A stretch of DNA of 62,374 nucleotides, the filler included, from Basidiobolus ranarum (lineage: Eukaryota), in NCBI GenBank assembly GCA_040143965.1. It is 19 parts of 19 records of this genome, joined end to end, with 100 filler letters (N's around TTAATTAATTAA, not from the genome) between each part and the next. Parts side by side here need not be neighbours in the genome. Positions count along the whole stretch, not along the records: positions 1 to 3,201 come from JASJQH010009532.1; positions 3,302 to 6,501 come from JASJQH010009533.1; positions 6,602 to 9,801 come from JASJQH010009534.1; positions 9,902 to 13,098 come from JASJQH010009535.1; 15 more parts are not named here. One strand, 5' to 3'. The position numbers and the translations under genes are program-made. Positions 1 to 11,501 of the stretch are shown here, in pieces (the first letter of the stretch is position 1; every line of letters starts with the position of its first letter). The notes under the pieces were generated by a model. The model had not been told where the DNA came from and made no database searches. It saw only the letters and a program-made list of their open reading frames with translations.

Positions 1-520
1 TGATCAATTAAAGCATTTAACCAATGTTTTTGACTGGCAGGTTGAGTGCTAAAAGGTCTTAATATAAGTATGCCAACTACTAAATAATGAGTTGCTATTT
101 TCCTAATACAAACATTCCCACTCAACTAACTATTTTGAATTTCTTTTAAACCCAACTGGCTTCTAAATAATTCAAATTGAACTTTAGCTAAGGATTTGGA
201 AACAATGTCAACAACCATTTCTTCAGTAGGGTAATAGACAGGTTCTAATATATCATTCTTTACTGCCTTGCCAACAAAATGAAGCCAAATCTTGATATGT
301 ATTGTTCTTGCATGTATTGTAGGTTTTTGGGTAATTCAGCACATTTTTCAATATATTTATATGCAATAATAGCATGTTTTTGCATGTATCATAAGTCTGG
401 ATAAAACTTCCTCAACTACATAGCTTCCTGTGCAGTAGCAGAGGCAGCCAAATACCCTGCTCTTATAGCTGAGAGTGTTGCAGTTGAGTGCTTCCTACTA
501 GTTCAAGTTATGGCTCCATT
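1..520 (-). mobile_element. Ty1/Copia 3' end: decayed RNase H, PPT and partial LTR-A (1-114)
   Basis: Reverse strand reads ...YPTEEMVVDIVSKSLAKVQFELFRSQLGLK, then PPT GTTAGTTGAGTGGGAA, then an LTR starting TGTT similar to other LTR-A copies. Confidence 0.85.
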
Positions 521-3201
521 TGTTGAAATTAGTGAACAGTTACTCATTATTTAGTGGGTATTTTATTTGTATTCTGATTATTTAGCACTCATTTTGAAAA
601 TGCAAGCACATTTGTTAATTGTTTTAATTGACAAAAATATCATTTAGGTCACTTTTCCAAATTTTCACTCATTACTCAAGGCTTCTCAGATTCACCTCAA
701 ATCCCCACCCATGCTTCACAGGCATGTTTATTATGATCTAAGCAAGTCCAATAGTCTTATTTCATAGTAGACCATAAATTGTAGATATTCAATCCAATAA
801 AACTTGAGTGTCTGATTCACATATCCAAATTTTGTCCAAAACACTTCTAAATCCCCTAAACACTATTATCAGGTTATGAGCCCTGGGCTAGCTCTTAAAG
901 GAATGTCTACCAGTACTAGTACCAATATTTTTGCATTCACAGCAAAGTTTGATGGTAATGACTTTCACCTTAGAAGTTCAAGATGCAAATGGTGCTAGAA
1001 GACAAGGACCATTTGGGAATTGTTACAAGAGAGGAAATAGAGCAAAAGGGACTACCACAAACTACTCTGGTCTTTAACAAGAAGCAGAGTAAAGCACTCT
1101 CTATACTTTGTCTACATCTCAGATACTATGAATTGAGGCACATTCAATCAGCCAAAACATCAAAGCTGCTTGAAAAACACTTGAGGAACTATATGAGACT
1201 AAAAGTCTGGGCAATATGCTACATCTTAGCTAAAACCTTACTGATTTCAGATGAATTCTGATGATTCTGTGTTTTATCATGAAAATTGGATAAAACTGTG
1301 GCAGATCAGCTCTGATCAATTGGAGCACCTCTAAATTGAGGTGACTTAGTCATGACACTACTTGGGAGCATGCCAGATCAGTGTAGGAATCTCATGATTG
1401 CCCTAATATCAGGATCAGAGCCATGCTCAATAGAATATGTTGTTGCTGGGCTTTTGAATGAGGAATTAAGGAGCTCATATTCTCAGCAAAATAATGCAGC
1501 TCAGGCATTTTTTGGAGCTATGAAATTTGTACCTGATATCATAGTACTTGATCAAGAAAACATAATCAGCAGTATTCAAGAAGTGTCTGCAAAAATCCCA
1601 CTATATCAGAACCTTATTCATTCAAAATTCCAGTCTCCATTACATTAGAGGAAGACATATGACCCAGAAGATCACCCAGAAGGAGAAATAAGCCAGGGAA
1701 CTGGTGAAACACTTCCAAAGATGATGTACATGCTTATGCAGCAGTCTGTGACAAGCCACAGACTCTTGATTGACCTGTGGAGTGTTCATAGTCAAAAGTA
1801 GAGGAAAAACAATTTTTGGTGAGTTTTCTTCACTTGAGAACTATAAAACACAGGTTTAATTCTTCTACCAACAGGAAGAAAGCCAATGGGCTGGAAATGG
1901 GTCTTCAAAGTCAAAAACCAAGCTGATGGAATAATTGAAAGTTACAAAGCAAGAACAGTTGCAAAAGGTTAATTCAAGACTTGGTAACATTGATTTTAAT
2001 CAAATGGATGCAAAACAACCTTTTTGAATGAATATCTAGAAGAGCCTAAATGGACTAACTAGATTGATTTGTTAACTCATAACATGCTGATGTGGTCTGT
2101 ACATTGCAAAAATTGCTATAAGGACTCAAGCAAGCTCCCAGGGCATAGTACCACAAGATATATACCTATTTGGAATCACCAGAATTCCAAAAATGCAAAG
2201 TAGATCACAGTATTTGTATCACACAACTGCAAACAGGGTCCTTATGTCAGCACTATTTGTGGATGCCTTGATCATAGCTACAATCCATCTAGAAGCTCTT
2301 AATCAGGTAAAAATAGCTTAGCTAACCAATTTCAGATAACTGATATGGGTGAATCAAGTTATTTCCTTAGAATTCAAATCAAGAGATATAAACCAGCCAG
2401 AAAATCATGCTGAATTAGTCTAGATACATCCTAGATGTCCTAAATTCTTCAATGTGGAGAATAGTAAGCCTGTATCAACACTTATGGCAGCAATAGTTTC
2501 CAATGTGTAATAAATCACAATTTCATCCAATTTGGCCTAACTTGTCCCACATCAAAGCCAGGAATTCTATTATGAATCTTTGGTAAGTAGTTTAATGTAT
2601 ACAATGGCTGGAACATGCTCAGACAATGCTGTGGCAGTGAGAACTGTCAGCCAAGATCTCAAAAAACCTGAATCTGAGCTCAAAACTGCAGTATAACAAA
2701 TATACAGGAATTTAAGAAGAACTGTAGATCAAGTTCTGGAATTCTCTTCCACACCTGATGCACAAAATGTTTAAGGCTACAGTGATGCAGACTGGAGAAG
2801 AAACCTTGAAGATTGAAGTTCAACAACTGGGTACACTTTTCTCAAGGTAATGTAGTTCAGACTTGGAATAGTAAGAAGCAACTAACCATAGCACTATTCA
2901 CTACAGAAGCAGAGTATATGGCTGCATCTGCTACTACACAAGAAGCTATGTGGTTAATGAAGTTAGTTAAAGACTTAGGATAGGTGCAAAAATATGCTAT
3001 TACTGTATTTAAAGATAAGCAAAGTTGTATATCATTAGCCAAAAGCCCTACGTTTCATGCTAGAACAAAGCATATAGATATTAGGCATTGGTTTGTTAGA
3101 GGAACAATAGAGAATGATAAAATTGCACTTGTCTATTGCCCTACTAAAGAAACGATTGTGACATCTTGACCAAACCTTTACCTAAAGCACAATTTTGAAT
3201 T
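521..3201 (+). mobile_element. Degenerate Ty1/Copia element: LTR-A 521-871, PBS 872-885, gag, RT and RNase H remnants; PR-integrase deleted
   Basis: LTR TGTTG...TATCA followed by GGTTATGAGCCCTG. Gag FKMQMVLEDKD, RT-like KWVFKVK and YGLKQAPRA remnants, RNase H STTEAEY and FHARTKHIDIRH. Many stops and frameshifts. Confidence 0.9.
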
Positions 3202-3301
3202 NNNNNNNNNNNNNNNNNNNNNNNNNNNNNNNNNNNNNNNNNNNNTTAATTAATTAANNNNNNNNNNNNNNNNNNNNNNNNNNNNNNNNNNNNNNNNNNN
3301 N
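3202..3301. other. Artificial contig linker (first of 18 identical 100-nt N-TTAATTAATTAA-N spacers)
   Basis: Same spacer at 6502, 9802, 13099, 16393, 19686, 22978, 26269, 29560, 32847, 36133, 39417, 42700, 45981, 49262, 52542, 55820 and 59098. Intervening contig lengths never increase, falling from 3201 to 3177. The core gives stops in all six frames. Confidence 0.98.
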
Positions 3302-3589
3302 TTGGAAACACCCTCAATAAATGTATTATTTACTTACTTATTCGATCATTCAAACCCTTCCCAACTTCTGAAATTCACCAGGTAGAAATCCTCACTCATA
3401 CGAAAAAAGGCAAGGGTAAAGCTTACGAGGTTAGTTTAAGCTCATTTTAATGGTTATTATAACGAACAGCCGGTTCACTTCAACAACCAGTATAGTGAGT
3501 CGTCGAATGAACAGCTAAACCATATACAGTGCGCTACGAATAAGCTTCCTACCAATATCAAGATATCCACCGAACATAACACACCTGTA

Positions 3590-6501
3590 GTGTCTCCCGA
3601 AGATGACTCTTCCGATGAGTATATGCCCTTGCCTCTTTCTATGAAACGTCCACGGAAAGCCCGGGATCGTTCGCTTAAAACAACTATTCAAAATAATGAT
3701 GCAACCAAGATTTCGAACAGATCAGAGGTTACCAATCGCAAACTGATGCCCAAATCCTCCTCAATAGGATATTATAGTCTACCTGGAGAAATCCAAGAAG
3801 ATGAGAATTTGGAATTATTTGATGAAGATATATCCGAGGTAGATGAAGACCGCATCCCTTGTCGTACGCTCGATAATTTTGTAATATATGATGTTGCTAA
3901 TAGCAATCAACTGGTTACTATTGAAAGGATTGACGATGAAGGAAGAGAGTTGAGAGCATCTGGTATAGTCAGAGCTATCATGGTATCCGGAGGTGATCCG
4001 GATATTGATGAAAATGTGGACACCGAGGAACAGGATAATGAGGATTTTGAGATAGACGAAAACGGGGATCTGAATCAAGTCGACGAGTTCCCCATTCTCT
4101 CCGTTAAACTTAGCACTATTTTCTTTTGGGAAGTTCAACTAGTCGATGATGGTATGAGTGCGATATGGTTGCGTACTCAATATGCCTGGTATAAGCTTGT
4201 ACGACCTACCGAAGATTATGAAAAGTACTATCTTCCTGTATTCAAGAGAATTCGATTAGCTAATATGTTGATCACTAAAATGGTGAGCCAAACGGAAACC
4301 ACCTACGAGCAGTTTATAGCTACCATGAACCAACATCAATCTAGTTCGTTAACCTCTGAGAATATTCGAGTGAATTTTTGCGAAACAGACATAACCAAAA
4401 ATATTGATTATATTTGTGAGGAAATAAGTGTGTATTTAGAGGATCAAGAAGACTACTCTATCCTAAATAGCCCTTTATTTCATAGGCTTGTTGAGATTCG
4501 TAACAAGGATGAGAATGGAAGAAAGTACCGTGAGCCTCAACTGGTGGATGTACGAGATAGCGCGACTCGTAAAACAATTCGTAAAATTAAAAAATCTAAA
4601 CTCGCAGAGAACCCCGCCTGCGTTACTCCACACATCAGGAATCTGACAGTAGGATTGTTTACTCGTCATATTGTCATGCCCAAACACCTCAATACTACGA
4701 TGACTGCAATGGAAGAGATCAAACCCCTTGGGGACAGTGAACCTTCCATCGAAATTGAGAATACAATTTATAAAACCGTCTCCCAACGGAAAAAATACAA
4801 GCTCTCTGAAGGAAGAGAGGTCAAATGGTTAGGTGAAAGTATTGGCACTCTTCGCTCGAAAACATATTATTCTTGTGCAGGGATTGGAGAGATAGAGTTG
4901 ACTATTGGGGATTGCGTTCAATTAAATTCGGATTTTACCGAGCCAAACTACGCAAGGATCCAATATATGTACCAAGATACACTTGGGATAAACTATTTTC
5001 ATGGCCGAACTTTATTTCATGGGAGGCAGACAATCATGGAGGAGGTATCACATCCATTTGAGCTCTTCCTGGTGGATCAATGTAATACTTGGAATATGAG
5101 TTCAATTATCGCAAGATGTCGTCTCACCCTACTCGGCTTAGATGAACCTGAGCCTCAACAGCGGCCTGAACCTGACCTCTATTTTTACAGGTAAGCAGGG
5201 ATTTGCCTTCATTTATTATTAATCATAGTATTCATTCAATTCATGAGATTTTGGTATGATCCTTCTTCTCTTACATTTGAGGATGTATACAATCACGAAT
5301 TAAACCCTGGAAAAAGAACCAAGCTGAAGAATTGCTTTTCATGCGAGCATGAACATCAAGAGAGTGAAAAACAATATCCTCGTAGTTTGAATGAAAAGCA
5401 TATTTCTGGATTTAAGTATAAAGGATATGAATATCATCTTTCTGATTATGTGTATCTCATACCATCTGCACCGTCTGGGCCCTACGACATTGGTCAAATA
5501 GTAGAATTGATTTGTTCTTCTGGTGATATGAGAGACCTTCGCAGAGTTAGAGTTCGTTGTTTGGTTAGATGTGATACCCTGTTGAGTAAATACAAAGAGA
5601 AGACACCTCAGACACGTTTTGAGAGAAAAGACACCAGAGAATTATTCATAACCGAGCAGTATCTCACTCTGAGCATCGACAGGCTTGAGGGTACATGTTG
5701 GGTTCAGCATAAAGATACGATAGCTGATTTAGATTCCTATAAAGATCAAGCGGATACGTTTTATATCTCTGGTCAGCGAGAATTCAAGCAAGGCACTGGT
5801 CCCCTTGAAGATGTACCCGTAAGTTCTATTGAAAATTGTGCACTCTGTAAATCTGCCCGGGAAAAAGCCCATGATAAATTCAAAAAACTTCAAAAATCTC
5901 GAGGCCCTTTAACCGCCTTGGATATTTTCTCGGGATGTGGTGGCCTTACCTGTGGGTTAAAGCAATCAGGAATCGTAGAAACTAAGTATGCTATTGAATT
6001 TTATTCTAGTGCAGCTTTAAGTTTTGAGAAAAACTTCCCCCAAGCAAAGGTATACAATCAATGTGCCAATCTTCTACTCGACCGTGCCATCGCAATACAT
6101 CATCGTGGCGAAACGTTTCCTCCTGTCAAAGATCACATGAATCGAATTATGCCTGAAATGCCAGCTCCTGATACTATTGACTTCGTATATTGTGGACCAC
6201 CTTGTCAAGGATTCAGTGGGATCAATCGTTTCAAAAAAGCCGACGATGTCAAGAACTCTCTTATTGCTACTTCATTGAGTTACGTTGATTTTTACAAACC
6301 GGAATATTTTCTTTTGGAGAACGTCCGAGGACTGCTAGCGTGTAAATTAGGAGGAGCGCAAGATGGGGCTAACAAAATTAACGGTCGAATTAAGATCTGG
6401 GCTGATAAATTCATCTTGCGTGCTGACACCTCTATGGGTTATCAAACCAGATTTAGTGTACAGCAAGCTGGACATCATGGCCTTCCGCAAAGTAGTCGTC
6501 G
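3590..6501 (+). CDS. DNMT1: DNMT1/Masc2-type C5-cytosine DNA methyltransferase (RFD + two BAH + catalytic domain); true start uncertain, 3' truncated
   Basis: RFD-like RTLDNFVIYD...WLRTQYAWYKL and two BAH-like regions. Motif I LDIFSGCGG, motif IV GPPCQGFS, motif VI LLENV. Intron 5191-5247 (GTAAGC..AG) joins FYR|FWYD in frame. Confidence 0.92.
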
Positions 6502-7286
6502 NNNNNNNNNNNNNNNNNNNNNNNNNNNNNNNNNNNNNNNNNNNNTTAATTAATTAANNNNNNNNNNNNNNNNNNNNNNNNNNNNNNNNNNNNNNNNNNN
6601 NCTCATATCCCGAAATTAGAACCACCAAACTATTTGCTTCACTTGGTGCCAAATCAAGAGCTCTCGGTCCTCTCTAAGGCCTAGAACCGCGTAAGTGGAT
6701 TCTCAAGTTCAACAAGTTAATAAACAAAGAAATGCTATATTTGTAAGACAATAATTTATTCATTTTTTTCCCCTTGTGAAGCTTTGGTTAGAAAGGATCG
6801 TATCCTTCCACCAAAATGAAGGATAATGGGTTTCAATGGGTACGTGATAAATACCTCAGAAATTTAGCCAAACATAGCGGGGGTACTAAATAAGAGTCAA
6901 GCCTGGAAAGAATGGGTACGAAGATTTTACATTTGACTTGAATTGAACATCAACAGAGAAGCGTGGTGGAGAGAAATGTGTAGCATTTTGAGCAATAGTT
7001 TTAAATCAATGATGGATATACATATATATATAGATCTATATATCATGGAGCTTGAACGCTCATTTAATATTGCTACCTACTGGACCAGAAGTTACGAGCA
7101 ACATATGAAATTTGCGGAAATGTCAATGAAATATAGAAGAGGGTGTACTTGGAACGAAACAAAGGGTAGGCAGTACATAATTGCAATCGGAAATCTTATT
7201 TTCGTAGATCAAAAAGACAGAAAAGCTTGCAACGGCCGGTACTATATAGACAAGTCCTGTTAATAGGCTAGAGTGCAAAATTTGAT

Positions 7287-8571
7287 TTATATCATGAATG
7301 TTTGATCTGGCTGATTAACCACAAACTCCAAGTTAATGTCAGGATGATGATTGTTTGGTTGTGTGTGGTGCGTGTGTCCATTATGAGGATGATGGACAGC
7401 GTGGCTATGTGCCATGCTAAGCTCGTAGGAAGAGGGTATGTCGTGCTTGTCTTGTGAACTTAGATCCGATACAGAACTTTCCATCTCGTCATGAGGTTTA
7501 GGGTGCTTTCTAGGGCGACCAACAGGGCGAACTGTTTAGAATTGGAAGGCTTGGTTTAGCATATTGATATCAACAACATGAATATTTGATTACTATACCA
7601 CAGCTGCCTGATTTCCTACGGAATTCCGCTAAATAGTCTTGATATTCCTAACAATCAAAATGTTACTAAGCAAAACGAGTGTAGAATGGAATTTGACCGT
7701 ATTTATCATTACTTTGTATTCGTTGGTTTCCTTGTAGCTACGTAAGGCTTCATAGTATCCTTCTCGAGCTTGGGCTGCACTTTGTTCTACCTGATCTTTC
7801 TCTTCGCGGCTAATAGATTTCCAACGATCGCCTACGATCTTCGCGATTTCAGTGAACGACATATTTTGATCTTTCAACTCCGCTCTAACTTTATTTGAAA
7901 ACATAACATATGCTGATGCTGGCTTCTCCGGAGCATTCTTATCTGGTTTAGGGTGACGTCTGTACTTCCGTTTTCCATTGCCATCAGAGTTTGTATATTC
8001 TCCCGTATCCAGAGACATTAGATGGTGTCCATGCAGTGAAATACCGTTGTGCGAAATATTGTGGGATGGCAGAGCACCTGGTGTCAGCAGACGTGGTTGA
8101 ATAGGAGTGGAGCCTACAAAATTCAAAATAGTCGACAGTAAGTTACTACACACTTGACCAAGAAGGAGGTTCAAGTACTGACCTGGATCAGAAATATTTA
8201 AGAAAGTATCGTCGTTGGGCATTAATGATAAACCAAGTGAAGGTGGCTGAGTTAAACCCCTCAAGCTTGCAATCTCACGTTGTAATAGCTAAGAATGTCG
8301 TTTAGAAAAGAGCGGTCACATAACTAATTCAACAAAAAAGGGGTCCCCTACTCTTCTATGCCCTCGTTTAACGTCCATAGCAGCCAAGTCATTCTCTGTG
8401 ATTTCCAAGAGCTATCATTGTAAATATGTCTGAGTAAAACATAAATCACCTTCTTTCCTTAAATGAGAACAAATAAAGAAATACCGATTTTAATTGGTCG
8501 AATCCTTCTGACATGAAAGTACTGTAGTACTGTTCTAACTTGCATTTCTTTAGAAAATCTCCAACTTCCAT
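7287..8571 (-). CDS. SAM-domain + HMG-box protein with an AT-hook-like motif and His-rich tail (spliced)
   Basis: Manually spliced exons: MEVGDFLKKCKLEQYYSTFMSEGFDQLKS|LLEITENDLAAMDVKRGHRR|LLQREIA (SAM), KRKYRRHPKPDKNAPEKPASAYVMFSNKVR...IVGDRWK (HMG box), then RPVGRPRK. GT-AG introns, e.g. 8484-8412. Confidence 0.85.
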
Positions 8572-10449
8572 GATAAAGACCAGAATGTAAGTGTCCAGAT
8601 AACTCCACGTAATAAAAATTTCAAGAGGAAGCTTCGATGAAACAAATCAAGCAAGCCCTAAAGTACGCTTAAACGTGGTAGGCTAGCCCTAAGCGTCTCG
8701 GACGTACGCGAAATAATATCTTCCACCAGACACTGGATAAAGAATAAAATTGCGAGGAATATAAAACACCCTCAATTGAGCAAGAATAGTGGGGATAAGG
8801 GTGGGGAATCAGCGTAAAAGAGGATAATGGACAAAGAAATTCGAGTGATGAAAGTCAAAGAAATCGTGGGAAAGGAGAGCTGGATAAAAACTAAAATGGG
8901 AAATGGAAGAGCTACTGTTTATCTATTGTGCGCGCATCTGGGCTAGGGTTCTGGCAAGATGCCTTTCATAACAAGATCCAATGTATATATAATAGCTAAG
9001 GGTTCAGAGTATCGACCAATTAACTATAACGATGAATTGGATGGAGAGTGGTGATAACAGATAATTGATCTTTATATATATGTTGCGTTTTGTTATTTTA
9101 ATGCATAATCACCCTCTGGCTTTTGCCCGTCACCCTTTGTCCCTATTTCCAGTCGCCATTCACATGATTGTTGTAAGTGTTCTGTTTGTCAGCGGTTGTG
9201 GTTGTCGACATTGCAATGAGCGACTACCACCTGATCACAGGTAGTGCAAAGGTGCCCTGAGAGAGAATGTTGGAACGGTTCTCTGTATGTTCTGGCGTAG
9301 CTTTAGCAATTAGTGGTTGATTCTGGCTAAATTACAGGATTGATCAGAATGGTAGCGCACCAATCGATAAATGCCATTGTAAAGGGGAAGCAAGTAAGGG
9401 ATATCCGCCTTTGATGGGGAATTTCTAGATAGCTATTCAAGGAGAACATTCATGGCTCTTGAAACATCGGTCAGCCTTGGATCCCAGATGAGTTCGTTCA
9501 AGGCCATCAGTCTCGACTTGACCAATCGTAATGATGGGTTATAGGCAACACAAGTCAATACCACTGCTCATGCAGAGAGTAGATCATCGTTGTAGTGTGA
9601 CATACCAAAGATAATCTATATTTCATCCCTTCACCAATATTGCTGGATCTAGAGGCTTTCACTACCAGAGAGGGATGTTATTAAGCGGTGCCTTGGTTTG
9701 CGAGCTTTCTCTTTGACTGAGCCCTAAACTTGATGATGCTTTGGTATCAGCTCTCAATCTGCTTCTGCTGCAGGTGCTACTTGGGTTAGTCTTGTTGCTT
9801 TNNNNNNNNNNNNNNNNNNNNNNNNNNNNNNNNNNNNNNNNNNNNTTAATTAATTAANNNNNNNNNNNNNNNNNNNNNNNNNNNNNNNNNNNNNNNNNNN
9901 NATCTATCTCACCAAGAAGTCTGTCTTGCAGCTTACCTAAAAATACTGTCAGATTATCTCACAAGCAAATTAGTCCAAATATAGAGGTACCTGTACTAAA
10001 GTAGGTTATGAATCAGGAAGAATCAGTTATGACATGTTATGTAACCACCATATATATATATGTGATGTTATACTTTATTGGTTTCCATCAGAATTTGGGA
10101 TCTTTTTATATTATTGGTTAAAATATCAAAGTTAATTTCCTATAGTGTGATCAAGAATAATGCATTCTGCATTGAGCTATTTTGATATGTATACAAAATA
10201 AATAGAATCCAATCAAACTATGATTGACTTTGCTGATGCAGTCTATAGTATAATCTCCATGCAATTACACATAGTTGAAATTGTTAGGTTAATAAATGCA
10301 AGCAGAAATAATATAATACAGAATGTAGGGAGTTTTACCATGATAATTAGAGTTCTTAGGTAAATATCTCATGTGAGCTTGATTGATCAGTATTGTGCCA
10401 ACTCAATACAAGATTAGTATCATGCTCTCCATCTAATCTAAGTGGTCTT

Positions 10450-11300
10450 TGCTCTGTAATCAAAAAAAGAAACTACTGGCTTTCATATCACCACACCAAC
10501 AGTTAGAGTTAAGAAACACCGTGGCTCATACACCTCAATACCTACCAGAGACCACCTAGACAATTTGTTGGTTACTACAAAAACTATTGTCCAATCAGAT
10601 TTCAGTGCACTATTGATAGTAGTAAAATTGGGAAAAGCTTCCATATCAGGCTTCAAGTAGGTGAGAATTTTCTAGCTTTAGTGATGAATGATGTTGAAGG
10701 TGCCTGGGACAAAAGATTCACATACTCTAATTTCCTTCCATTGCCTGGAGTATTTCCCAATAGAGTTCATATACAAAGCATTCTTGACACATTTCCTATG
10801 CAAATTAATAGGCCCAAAAGCAACCAAAAGCTATTCCATTCTGGCAAGTACAAAGCTCACTGCATAAGTTCCAGACTTTGACAGATTTGGAAGGAAACAT
10901 CATTTGGTTTAGTGGGCCACATCCAGGGAGACACCATGACAAAAGGCCTTGGGTTGCAAGGCATGCACCATTTGTAAAATGTGAGAAGACTATGGCTCAT
11001 TTGGCATATGTTGGGGAAGAATGCAGAAGGCTATGATGTGTCACAGCTAACAAGAGGCCCAGGGGAAAGATACTCACAGAGAGGCAAAAGCTTGATAATG
11101 ACATTTTTCCCATTTTAGAGCAAGAGTAGAGCATGGCTTTGGTTTCCTAAAGAGGTATAACATTGTGGCAGGAAAGTATAGAGGAAAATTATTCTGTGGG
11201 CCTCAAACAAAGTTAGTCAAAGTAGTCAATATTAATTAATTCTGCATACATTCACATTCAAAGATATCCATTGAGAGCTCTAGACTTAAGACACTATGAA
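10450..11300 (+). pseudogene. Degenerate IS5/PIF-Harbinger/ISL2EU-type DDE transposase (DDE_Tnp_4-like)
   Basis: Read across frameshifts: ILDTFPMQINRP..QKLFHSGKYKAHC, TDLEGNIIWFSGPHPGRHHD, MAHLAYVG (expected ADxxYxG), KRPRGKILTERQK..N, RARVEHGFGFLKRY. Boundaries approximate. Confidence 0.82.
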
Positions 11301-11501
11301 TAAAGCTTTCATTATCTTTTGAATGTGCAATAATGTCTAAAAGTACTTTTCCTAAATGTACCATATAAGTAAAACTACTCTTTCCAAAATGGTAAATAAC
11401 ATTATGCCAGATAGTGCCAGATAGTGCTCAATTGTGCCAATTGGTGCTGGCCCACTTTTTAGCTGGCCTGATCTGGCTCAATAAAATGGATCAATTTCCA
11501 G

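Noticed and set aside
6380..6501. Atypical DNMT1 residues (RIKIWADK, PQSSR) suggesting a catalytically altered enzyme
   Set aside because: They fall in the last ~120 nt of a contig, where base errors are likely; motifs I, IV and VI are canonical.
7629..8264. HMG box as a zygomycete mating-type gene (sexP/sexM)
   Set aside because: The APEKPASAYVMF box with an upstream SAM domain is HMGB-like rather than MATA_HMG, and no TPT or RNA helicase flank is visible.
3302..9801. DNMT1 physically linked to the HMG gene or to transposons as a defence island
   Set aside because: Separate contigs; no linkage information is available.
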